From Bdellovibrionota bacterium (lineage in GTDB: Bacteria; Bdellovibrionota_C; UBA2361; JBGSMV01): a stretch of DNA of 17,624 bases. Below, piece after piece: positions 7,514 to 15,808 of the stretch (position 1 is its first letter; the number at the start of each line of letters is the position of its first letter). The stretch spans positions 1-17,624 of the forward strand of contig JBIKWF010000097.1 of assembly GCA_044356455.1 (NCBI GenBank), given 5' to 3'. The position numbers and the translations under genes were made by a program. The notes under the pieces were generated by a model. That model worked only from the letters and a program-made list of their open reading frames with translations. It was not told the DNA's origin and searched no databases.

Positions 7514-8704
7514 ATGCGCCTCACCATGCTCACCACCTCATTCCCAAGATCTTCCGAAGATGACGCAAGTATTTTTATTCGCCGAATAGCTGAGGCACTT
7601 TCTGCCAAAGAGGCAGGAGGAAATATCATTGTTCCTTTGGACTCACGTGAGCCAGAGACCGAACACATAGGACTTTTCGAAATACGGCGCTATCGCTACG
7701 GAATTTTTTCAAAAGGGAAATTGGCGTTTGGCTCTGGAATAATGCCCAATCTGCGTGCCAATCCTTTTCTCGTACTTCAGGTCCCTCTTTTTCTTCTCGC
7801 GATGGCCTACCATGGCTTTAGGCTCTCAAGAAAAACTGACCTTATTCACGCACAGTGGCTTGCTAGCGGGATTGCAGCATGGCTCATTCACCTCGCCACA
7901 GGGAAACCGTATGTAGTTTCGCTACTCGGAGAAGATGCCAAGCTAATCAAACTTAAAGCGCTAAGCCCTCTCTGGCACTTGGTCCTGCGAGCTGCAGCTG
8001 CGGTGACCGCAGTGAATAGCCAAGTACTGGAAGAGATACAAACACGATTCTCAATTAGTAAAGAACGCTGCTTTCATATTTCGACAGGCGTTTCCATTCC
8101 ATCCGTATCTCAGGAACAAGTTTCTGAGGTGCTGCGCAAGTACAATCTCTCCTTCACCGCCCCTTTTCTTCTTGCCGTAGCCCGCGTTATCCCACTCAAG
8201 GGCATCCATCATGCACTAAATATTATCGGCGAGCCTGCACTCAAAGACATTTATCTCGTGGTGGCAGGGGGAAAGGATGACCTTTCTTACTACGAGACTC
8301 TCGAGAAGCTGGCAGACGAACTTGGCATAAGGGAGAGGGTGCACTTTATTGGAAGAGTGAGCCCGAACGATATTCCTGCGCTGCTCTATGGAGCCGCGGG
8401 ATTCGTCAGTGCGTCTTCGTACGAAGGGAGGCCCAACGCGGTGATGGAGTCTCTTGCCGCAGGGTGCCTCACTATCGTATCGGACATCGCTCCACATCGA
8501 GAGCTAGTGAGAGACCAAGAGAATGGTCTTCTAGTGAACGTCGAAGATTCCATAAGTACCGCAAAAAGGATCCAGGACACACTCACTAATCCTGCTTTGC
8601 TTACTGCTATTCAGCAAAATGCAAAAACCTCGATGGCAGAAAATTCTTGGGACGCCTGCGCGAGCGCACTAATTTCTGCTTACCATTTCAGCATAAAGAT
8701 TTAG
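7514..8704 (+). CDS. Glycosyltransferase family 4 (GT-B)
   Basis: LTTSFPR N-terminus, DLIHAQW, ARVIPLKG and the EX7E motif EGRPNAVME; GAGGAG RBS; starts 15 nt after the upstream stop, consistent with an operon. Confidence 0.9.
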   Translation: MRLTMLTTSFPRSSEDDASIFIRRIAEALSAKEAGGNIIVPLDSREPETEHIGLFEIRRYRYGIFSKGKLAFGSGIMPNLRANPFLVLQVPLFLLAMAYHGFRLSRKTDLIHAQWLASGIAAWLIHLATGKPYVVSLLGEDAKLIKLKALSPLWHLVLRAAAAVTAVNSQVLEEIQTRFSISKERCFHISTGVSIPSVSQEQVSEVLRKYNLSFTAPFLLAVARVIPLKGIHHALNIIGEPALKDIYLVVAGGKDDLSYYETLEKLADELGIRERVHFIGRVSPNDIPALLYGAAGFVSASSYEGRPNAVMESLAAGCLTIVSDIAPHRELVRDQENGLLVNVEDSISTAKRIQDTLTNPALLTAIQQNAKTSMAENSWDACASALISAYHFSIKI

Positions 8705-8750
8705 ACGCTCTCTCCTCGCGCATGCCTACGACCGACATCGATAGAAATCT

Positions 8751-10559
8751 TTACGACCTAAGTAGCACGAGTGCGAGCGCAGGAGCTTGATTTGCTTGCG
8801 CAAGCACCGAAGAGGCAGCTTGCTGCAAGATTGTGGAGCGCACCAACTGAGCGCTCTCACTTGCCACATCGGCGTCAACTATTCGACTGCGCGCGGAATC
8901 GAAATTGAGAGACGAAGCCCCAAGATTAGCCATCGCTATTTCGAGCCGCGAGAGATGCGCACCGACCGCACCGTTCTGTTTATTCACGCGTGCCAGAGCC
9001 GCATCTATAATAGAAAGTGAATCGAGCGCATTTTGGCGACTAAGCAGATTGATTCGACTGAGGAGAGTGGATTGGGTGGTATTGGAGATTCCTATGTCTA
9101 TACCTCCGCTGCTATCATCCCCTGTCGCAAAATCCGGTACCCCATCCCCATTAAAGTCTCCTAACGCGAGACCGGAAGTCAGAGCAGTTTGCGAAATAAC
9201 ACTGCCAAAAACTCCACTTGAAGATCCAAGCACAACTTTTGGACCACCTCCGCTCGAGGCGACAATATCAATTTCCCCGTCTTGATTTATATCGGCGAAC
9301 TTAAATCTATCTGTAAAAGTGCTGAAACCTGAAATTGTCTGGCTTAGAGTGAAACTACCTCCTCCCTGATTGAGGTAGATGCTGCTATTCACTCCCCCTC
9401 CTATAATTACATCATCAATACCATCATGGTTGAAATCGGCAGCGCCAAGACGAGATCCGCTTGCCACAGTTTGAGTATTTGCGAGAGAGAACGCTCCACT
9501 TCCGTTGCCATATAAGATTCTCAGGGTCGTAGTTGCAATGGCCGCCGCATCAACGATTCCATCACCGTTAAAATCTCCGAATGTCATATTGGAAATGCCG
9601 GCTCCTCCCGTGGCATAAGTAGCTGCCGTTCTAAATGTTCCATCTCCGTTGCCTAGAGATGTAATCACCGAGTTACCAGTTCGACCAATGATATCAAGCT
9701 TACCATCGCCATTGAGATCTTTGAGTTCGGCCCCTAAAAAACTACCGCTTAACGTTTGCCCAGTGGAGAAGGTGCCATTTCCATTCCCCAAGAATACCTC
9801 GACGCTGGTCCCCGTGCTCCCGAGGAGATCTACTTTTCCATCTCCGTTGACATCACCCGCCATAACGGTGTCGCCGATCGAGAAATCTGACAAAATACTT
9901 GCTGCGCCAAATGTTCCATCCCCATTTCCCAAGTAAATGTACCTCGCCGAAAACAGATCGACTTTCCCGTCACCATTAAAATCCGCACTCACCATGTCAT
10001 TGCCATTTGAGCCGTTACCCAAATTTGTGACCGACGTAGCCTCACCAGTCCCGACCGCACGGGAAAGACTTTCGGTGACATTAAACTGAAGCATGCCGTT
10101 CGTTCCGAAGCCAGCTTGTGCGACCAGACGCTGCACTGAGCCATCGAGCACATTAAGCCCATTGAAGCGCGTACCCTGGACAAGACGATTGAATTCTTTT
10201 TGGAGCTCAAACGCCTCACGGTCGAGCGACTTGCGCTGAGTGAGCCCCAAGGTTCCATTGGCGGCAGAGGTGGCAAGCTCTTTTAGGCGTTGAAGCACGC
10301 TTGAGAATTGCTGAGTTGCGCCTTCGGCTACGTTAAGATAGCTGATAGCGTCGTTGACGTTGCGAACCCCTTGGTTATAGACACGAGAACTGGCGCTTAG
10401 AGTGGAGGAAATGGCAAGGCCCGCAGCATCATCGCTCGCGCGATTGATGCGCTGACCAGAGGAGAGGCGCGTGAGCGAGGCGCTCAGGCTCTCTGACGCC
10501 CTTCCCAGCTGACGCTGGGCCCTGAGCGAAGAAATGTTACTCCCAATACTAACTACCAT
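8751..10559 (-). CDS. fliC: Flagellin with seven FG-GAP/VCBS repeats in place of the hypervariable region
   Basis: Flagellin N-domain (RLSSGQRINRASDDAAGLAIS, LQRLKELA, TRFNG) and C-domain (SRIVDADVASE...LAQANQ); seven D(F/V/L/I)NxDGxxD motifs starting between aa 193 and aa 468. Confidence 0.92.
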   Translation of the reverse strand: MVVSIGSNISSLRAQRQLGRASESLSASLTRLSSGQRINRASDDAAGLAISSTLSASSRVYNQGVRNVNDAISYLNVAEGATQQFSSVLQRLKELATSAANGTLGLTQRKSLDREAFELQKEFNRLVQGTRFNGLNVLDGSVQRLVAQAGFGTNGMLQFNVTESLSRAVGTGEATSVTNLGNGSNGNDMVSADFNGDGKVDLFSARYIYLGNGDGTFGAASILSDFSIGDTVMAGDVNGDGKVDLLGSTGTSVEVFLGNGNGTFSTGQTLSGSFLGAELKDLNGDGKLDIIGRTGNSVITSLGNGDGTFRTAATYATGGAGISNMTFGDFNGDGIVDAAAIATTTLRILYGNGSGAFSLANTQTVASGSRLGAADFNHDGIDDVIIGGGVNSSIYLNQGGGSFTLSQTISGFSTFTDRFKFADINQDGEIDIVASSGGGPKVVLGSSSGVFGSVISQTALTSGLALGDFNGDGVPDFATGDDSSGGIDIGISNTTQSTLLSRINLLSRQNALDSLSIIDAALARVNKQNGAVGAHLSRLEIAMANLGASSLNFDSARSRIVDADVASESAQLVRSTILQQAASSVLAQANQAPALALVLLRS

Positions 10560-10617
10560 AAAGCAAACTACGTAAGTGCCCGAAGTCTCCGGCGGAGACC
10601 TTTACACCTCATCTCGT

Positions 10618-10645
10618 TATTCGGGTTTTTGGGATAAGTTCCTGA
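10618..10645 (-). promoter_or_regulatory. Possible sigma28-type promoter for the flagellin
   Basis: Minus strand TCAGG-N15-CCCGAATA, about 60 nt upstream of the ATG at 10559; flagellins are canonical sigma28 targets. Confidence 0.5.
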
Positions 10646-10822
10646 GGCGAAAAGCTCTTCAGCTGCCGAATGCTGCGTAGCTAGCTCGCTCGATAGCGAG
10701 ACTCCTAAGTATTTTTGTGAGTGCCCGGGTCCTAAAGGCACATGTTTCCTCCCCTGCTCATAACATTTCGTAGCCTCGCGCATCGTTGCTGGGGTCTGGT
10801 TTGTCATGGTTTTTGGTCTCAT

Positions 10823-12124
10823 ATGAAAGCCCTCAGGCTCGCAATCTCCTTGCTACTGATTCCACGACTCTTCGTGGCGCTACTTTTATTCCCCCTTCTC
10901 ATGAGTCTTCTGCTCGTCTACGGACAGCTGGTAGCTACCGCCGTTTTGGTAAAAGCCATTGGGATCGACGGTGACTCAATGGCCACCCACTACGAAAATC
11001 GGCGCCAATCTGACCTTGGGCGGCAATTTCTTCTTGGAGACTCACGCACTCTGGAAGCCCCGCGCATCTGCCGCTGGAAGACGACCGCCACGAGTTCAGG
11101 CGCCACCCGCGAGGCTCCGCCTTCGCCTCTGTGCAATCCCGACCGTCTTGATGTTGCCCTGCATGTGGCGAACCCAGACTCTTTCGAAACTCACGACTAC
11201 GAAAAACTTTTTAATGGGCTGGTGGAGCGCATCCATCTCTGCACCTCCTGTACTCCAGACGCGATTATTACCATTGAGCCTTCAGGCGCTATTCGTTCGG
11301 ATGCCTTCAGCACTCAGGGGCTGATTCTCCTCAGGCTTTCGCGCAACAACGACGAAGTGCAGAAGCAATTTGTGACGGCGCGGCGCGAGCTCGACAGACT
11401 GCGCACGCTGACCGGAGCTACTCATTTGCATTCTGCAGGTCTGCGTCAACCTGTCAGCATTGATGCGCTCCAAGGATCGCTCGCCGTTATCTTTAACATT
11501 GCGGCGCTTATCATGATCTCTCTTTGGCTTGCCCTTAAAGCGCATCGTAAAGTGCTCGACTATTTTGCGAGAAACGGGGCGCTGCTACCCATGGTTGCAG
11601 CCACAGGCAAAAGCACCTTTTACGGCGCACTTTGGATCCTCACGCTTGCACGCGTGGGAGCATTCCTCTGCGCTGCGATTCCTATGACCTACTTTGGCTT
11701 CGAGGCATTTGCCGTCGAAGACAATTACTCTGACCTCTTCCTTTCGAATTATGTTGAGCTCGGCCTCTGGATATGTGCCCTCGGAGCAAGCCTTGGACTT
11801 GCCACTCTCATTGCTTCAATCTCCGACCTGCAACAGCGTCACCATTTTCTTAGTGTTCTTTATAAATACCTCCCACTCGTCCTATGTATTGGCGGGACCA
11901 TAATTTGGACGGCGACGTTTTTGGCTGATAGTCCCTTCTTTGGCATCCTCCGCTCCGTCATTACGGCTCTTCCCGTAGTTGGAATGGGGCCAATACTTAT
12001 CGCTCCTACGATGAAGCCAGATTTTCTGGTGCTGGGGATACACGCCGTTCTCACTTCAATTTTGTTTAGCGTGGCGCTTAAAAAGAATGCGCGCTGGTTT
12101 GCCGCACACCTTGAGGAACTCTAA
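10823..12124 (+). CDS. ABC-2 type permease with a large Cys-containing extracytoplasmic loop
   Basis: One N-terminal TM, a ~200-aa soluble loop and about five more TMs; lies directly upstream of an ABC ATPase. ATG at 10823 (MKALRL) preferred over 10742. Confidence 0.65.
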   Translation: MKALRLAISLLLIPRLFVALLLFPLLMSLLLVYGQLVATAVLVKAIGIDGDSMATHYENRRQSDLGRQFLLGDSRTLEAPRICRWKTTATSSGATREAPPSPLCNPDRLDVALHVANPDSFETHDYEKLFNGLVERIHLCTSCTPDAIITIEPSGAIRSDAFSTQGLILLRLSRNNDEVQKQFVTARRELDRLRTLTGATHLHSAGLRQPVSIDALQGSLAVIFNIAALIMISLWLALKAHRKVLDYFARNGALLPMVAATGKSTFYGALWILTLARVGAFLCAAIPMTYFGFEAFAVEDNYSDLFLSNYVELGLWICALGASLGLATLIASISDLQQRHHFLSVLYKYLPLVLCIGGTIIWTATFLADSPFFGILRSVITALPVVGMGPILIAPTMKPDFLVLGIHAVLTSILFSVALKKNARWFAAHLEEL

Positions 12125-12135
12125 GGAGAGCAGCT

Positions 12136-13095
12136 ATGTTTTTACTTGAAGCACACGCTCTTATCGTTTCCTACGGAGACCAGCGGGCTCTCGATATTCC
12201 AGAGCTCTCTATCAAGGGCAATATCCTTGCTCTGCTTGGCCACAACGGCGCAGGAAAGTCGACGTTCATAAAAACACTGCTTGGACTGCTCGCTCCGCAG
12301 CGAGGTAGCCTCGCTGCAAAAAATTCTGGTGGCATTCTTCTTTCCGCGGAAAACGACATGGCTTTTTGCCCGGAAACAGGCTCCGTCTTCGAAGATATCT
12401 CCGTCGAGGAGTACATCGCGCTCTGGTGCCGCTTGCGCCACAGAGATAGCAAGTATTATCGCACGCAGGGCAAGCACTACCTTGAGCTGCTTGAGATAGG
12501 CCCACTACTCAAAAAGAAAGGCAGGGAACTTTCGAAGGGTCAACGCAGGCGTGTGCAAACCGCTATCGGCTTTTTAACTGAGCCGCGCCTCTTTCTTTTC
12601 GACGAACCGTTCGATGGGCTTGATGTGCAGAAGACGCAAGAGCTTACGGATATTATTGAAAAGCAATCGCAGTCGACCTGCTTTATTATCTCATCTCACC
12701 GTATGGATGTCATGGAGCGGCTTGCAGACCATGCTCTTGTTCTTGAGAACGGGCTGGTTGCGGCATCTGGCACTATCTCTGAAACCTGCGCGGCACTAGC
12801 AGGCGACAGCATTCTGATTTCACATGCACAGTCTCCCGCCCTGCTCGCTGAAGATCTTCGTCAGCATTTTTCAGATAGCCTTATCACACACGCCGGATCT
12901 CACGTATCTCTTTCCGGACCTGAAGTTACGTTAGCCAAGGTAGAAGCGGCACTCCGAGGTCGCAAGGAGAACGACCTACAAATCAGCCGCATAAAGGACT
13001 CCCTTACCGATTCTATGGGATATCATTTAGAGCGGCTTGCCTTAAGGGACAAAGAAATCGGCACAGCCGAGCAGCGTTTGCAAAAAGCAGCATAA
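12136..13095 (+). CDS. ABC transporter ATP-binding protein (ABC-2 exporter type)
   Basis: Walker A GHNGAGKS, signature LSKGQ, Walker B LFLFDE and SSH switch; AAGGAG RBS. Confidence 0.92.
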   Translation: MFLLEAHALIVSYGDQRALDIPELSIKGNILALLGHNGAGKSTFIKTLLGLLAPQRGSLAAKNSGGILLSAENDMAFCPETGSVFEDISVEEYIALWCRLRHRDSKYYRTQGKHYLELLEIGPLLKKKGRELSKGQRRRVQTAIGFLTEPRLFLFDEPFDGLDVQKTQELTDIIEKQSQSTCFIISSHRMDVMERLADHALVLENGLVAASGTISETCAALAGDSILISHAQSPALLAEDLRQHFSDSLITHAGSHVSLSGPEVTLAKVEAALRGRKENDLQISRIKDSLTDSMGYHLERLALRDKEIGTAEQRLQKAA

Positions 13096-13108
13096 CGCAT
13101 GGGGCAAG

Positions 13109-14296
13109 TTACCGAGAACCGCTTACACCGGAAGGAGCCTTAGACGCCTCGGCTTTAATTACAGAAATAATCTTAGAAAGCGGCCCCTCATAGGCCTGCA
13201 CCAAAGCATTCTTCACCGCGGGAAGGCTTTCAGGATGCGCCTTCACATAGGCGGCGACTCCGCCGAGAGAGCTCTTAAAGGTTCCCAAATCAATGGCCTT
13301 TACGTCGACGATAGGGGGATTCGCCTGAAGCACCGAGACAAGGCCTCGCTTCAGTAGCTCATCAGAATACGCGTAGCTCTCAAATGACTCTCTCGCCCGC
13401 TCAGAAAGAAATCCAGAAATCTCCTCTCCATAGCGTAAGGTTACATAGTCAGAGAACGCTTCGCCCACTTGGCGAACCTCTAGAGGCGCGCGCCTTCCGT
13501 TCCCTAGGTCACGCGTAAGTTGAAGCTGCTCAAAATTCGGAACTTCTCTTAGGTAGTGCTGCAAGGCCGCATGTGCCAATTCATTCAGCTCAACTGTCTG
13601 CCAAGCCATCTTGGGGTCGGCACTGGACTGCTCGGCATATTCTGCAATATCAGACGGAGAAAGAATGATCGCGTTTGCTTCGGGGAGAAAACATCCCGGC
13701 CGAAGACTACGAAACCCGGTTATCTTATTCCCGGGCAGATCTTCATAGGTTCCAACAAGCGTCGACTCTACGGTGAACATGCGCATATCAGGAGATACGG
13801 TGAGCTCATGGGGGCCAAGTTTGAACGTGGGAAAACTCCGGGACGTATCTGGCCCGCTCAACTTGTGGATCTCAACGCTTACGAAACCACCACCAGCCAC
13901 CCCGGAACTGACAAGATACCCCTGCGCTAGAAATGCGTTAAGCATCTCGCGTCTTACCTGAGATGAGGAAAAGTCACTGCCCTCAGCAGGCCCCGCACCG
14001 GGCGGAAGGGCGCGAGCAAGCTCGGCTCGATATCCCAATACCTTTGCTTCAGCCTGAGGAGCAGAGAAGGCGCCACGTGTATTCTGGTGCTCGTAGTCAG
14101 ACCTTACCTTAAGCGCAATCGAGGCAAGCGTAGCCTCCAGAGAAACCGGTGTTTGGGGGAGTGACGCTGATTTTTGAGTAGCTCCTCCTGGCACGGGCGC
14201 ATCTGGACGGTCGCAGCCAGCAGGCCCCAGCAATGAGCCAAGTGCCACTGCAGAAGCAGCCATAAAACCACTGCGATTTTTAGTAGTTAGGACCAT
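13109..14296 (-). CDS. Hypothetical lipoprotein with a degenerate zincin-like motif
   Basis: Long ORF; signal-like MVLTTKNRSGFMAASAVALGSLLGPAGC followed by a Pro-rich linker; NELAH and EAFSD motifs. Start may be 14344 or 14296. Confidence 0.6.
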   Translation of the reverse strand: MVLTTKNRSGFMAASAVALGSLLGPAGCDRPDAPVPGGATQKSASLPQTPVSLEATLASIALKVRSDYEHQNTRGAFSAPQAEAKVLGYRAELARALPPGAGPAEGSDFSSSQVRREMLNAFLAQGYLVSSGVAGGGFVSVEIHKLSGPDTSRSFPTFKLGPHELTVSPDMRMFTVESTLVGTYEDLPGNKITGFRSLRPGCFLPEANAIILSPSDIAEYAEQSSADPKMAWQTVELNELAHAALQHYLREVPNFEQLQLTRDLGNGRRAPLEVRQVGEAFSDYVTLRYGEEISGFLSERARESFESYAYSDELLKRGLVSVLQANPPIVDVKAIDLGTFKSSLGGVAAYVKAHPESLPAVKNALVQAYEGPLSKIISVIKAEASKAPSGVSGSR

Positions 14297-14420
14297 AAAC
14301 CTTGAGCCCACCTGCCCCTGAATACCCCTGTTATTCCATACCATCAGGAGAGCGCAACTTAACCCCTACAGGAGAGGCCTCGTGCTACTTTCTAAGCAAA
14401 TGCGAAGGGGATCAAAGCAC

Positions 14421-14448
14421 TTAAGTAGCCTGCCCACGTTCCCGACTA
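14421..14448 (+). promoter_or_regulatory. Possible sigma28-type promoter for the TolB-like gene
   Basis: TTAAG-N15-CCCGACTA, about 40 nt upstream of the ATG at 14490. Confidence 0.4.
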
Positions 14449-14489
14449 TGTAGTGACACACAAGCAGTTCCCTTAAGTAAGGTTTCTCT

Positions 14490-15647
14490 ATGACCGAAGT
14501 TGCCTTCATCCAGAATGGAAAGCTCTTCCGAGTAACGGCGGGAGGGGAACCAATCCCCGTAGAAAGCGCCTTTGCGAATCAGGTGAGCGAACGTGAGGCA
14601 CAGATTCGCCGTAAGACCGAGTGGAAGAAAAATACCGCCAGGCCAGGTAGTTGTGGACCCTATAACCAGAACTGCGAAGAAAATTGCATTACCGCCAACT
14701 TCTCAAGTGTAAGCGTAAATCCGCACTCTCAAGAGCTGCACTACGCCCTATATACGGACACCATTGGCGGAGTATTTGCTGCAGCAAGTACTGAGCGCAG
14801 AATTCTTCACACCAATCAATATCGACCAGGCTTTCTAGCTTTTGAACCAAAAGGGGATCGCACCGCGTGCGCGGTGGAACATGTGGATGGTAGCTCAAAC
14901 TTAGGCCTAATCGACGGCAAGACGGGCCGCATTACCACACTTACCGAGGGAGATGCGGTGGACACCGCGCCAGCCTGGCACCCTACGCGAGAGAACTGCC
15001 TTATTTACCAATCTACCGGCATCGCACGCTCCGAATATGGGGATATCCAGCTTTTTGCGCCCGCCGCTTTACGACTCTTAAATCTTAAAGATTCGTCGAT
15101 TGAAACAATACTGGAAGACGAAAAATTTGACTTTCTCACGCCGCGCTTTGGCCCCGATGGCACGCTCTACTATCTTCGCCGGCCCTACCAGAAACATGAC
15201 CAATCAAGCCTGTTAAAAAAACTTGAAGATGCCTTTATGGCGCCCTTTAGGCTGATTCGCGCAATATATGCACGTCTGAATTTCTTTTCGCTCATGTACA
15301 CAGGCAAGCCGCTCACAAGCGCGGGAGGGTCGGCTATTGAACGCTCGAACGCGAGAAAGGTAGCTATCTGGGGAAATCTTCTCGAAGCAGATGCCGCTGC
15401 GCGTTTCCCTGGGTTACACAGCGAGACTGTCCCCTCTATGGTGCCTTCGAGTTGGCAACTGGTTGCTCAAGATTCTTCGGGGAAGACGACCACGCTCAGC
15501 GACGGGGTACTTTCCTTTGATATCGGACCCAAGGGGACGATAGTCATATCCAACGGAAGCACTGCATATGTTCTCAGCAAAGAAGGAGTCCGAACGCGAC
15601 TCGCTTCCGGACGGGTGATTCAGAGCGTTGCGGTCTTGAAAGAGTAA
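14490..15647 (+). CDS. TolB-like (PD40/WD40-like) beta-propeller protein
   Basis: Repeats LAFEPKG, DTAPAWHP, LTPRFGPDG and FDIGPKG; no signal peptide evident; AAGG upstream. Confidence 0.65.
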   Translation: MTEVAFIQNGKLFRVTAGGEPIPVESAFANQVSEREAQIRRKTEWKKNTARPGSCGPYNQNCEENCITANFSSVSVNPHSQELHYALYTDTIGGVFAAASTERRILHTNQYRPGFLAFEPKGDRTACAVEHVDGSSNLGLIDGKTGRITTLTEGDAVDTAPAWHPTRENCLIYQSTGIARSEYGDIQLFAPAALRLLNLKDSSIETILEDEKFDFLTPRFGPDGTLYYLRRPYQKHDQSSLLKKLEDAFMAPFRLIRAIYARLNFFSLMYTGKPLTSAGGSAIERSNARKVAIWGNLLEADAAARFPGLHSETVPSMVPSSWQLVAQDSSGKTTTLSDGVLSFDIGPKGTIVISNGSTAYVLSKEGVRTRLASGRVIQSVAVLKE

Positions 15648-15698
15648 TTCGCGCGAAGTGGGATAGCCCCCTGACCAACTACTGAGAGGAAGATCGTT

Positions 15699-15724
15699 CG
15701 GCGCCTTGGGACAAGGCGCCCTAC
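15699..15724 (-). repeat. GTAG-type REP element
   Basis: Minus strand GTAG-GGCGCCTTG-TCC-CAAGGCGCC-G, a perfect 9-bp stem, between convergent genes. Confidence 0.8.
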
Positions 15725-15767
15725 CATGATCGGAATCCATGCGTTCTAATATCGTTAAGAAATTCTG

Positions 15768-15805
15768 GTAGAGCGCCGCATGACGAACAAGCCCCGCGCG
15801 GCGCC
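15768..15805 (+). repeat. Degenerate GTAG REP with an enlarged loop
   Basis: GTAG-A-GCGCCGC...GCGGCGC: 15773-15779 pairs with 15798-15804. Confidence 0.4.
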
Positions 15806-15808
15806 CCG

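Noticed and set aside
9080..10050. FG-GAP repeats as a DNA tandem array or DGR template/variable pair
   Set aside because: Similarity is at protein level with diverged codons; there is no adenine-specific mismatch pair and no reverse transcriptase.
10568..10822. 84-aa ORF directly upstream of the flagellin
   Set aside because: It has no motif or clear RBS and covers the divergent promoter region, including the sigma28-like site.
189..14164. Exact 14-nt inverted match: TCACTCCCCCAAAC (189-202) and GTTTGGGGGAGTGA (14151-14164)
   Set aside because: About one such match is expected by chance in 17.6 kb, and both lie inside unrelated CDSs.
14490..15647. Calling this gene tolB
   Set aside because: It has no signal peptide, no TolB N-terminal domain and no tol-pal context.
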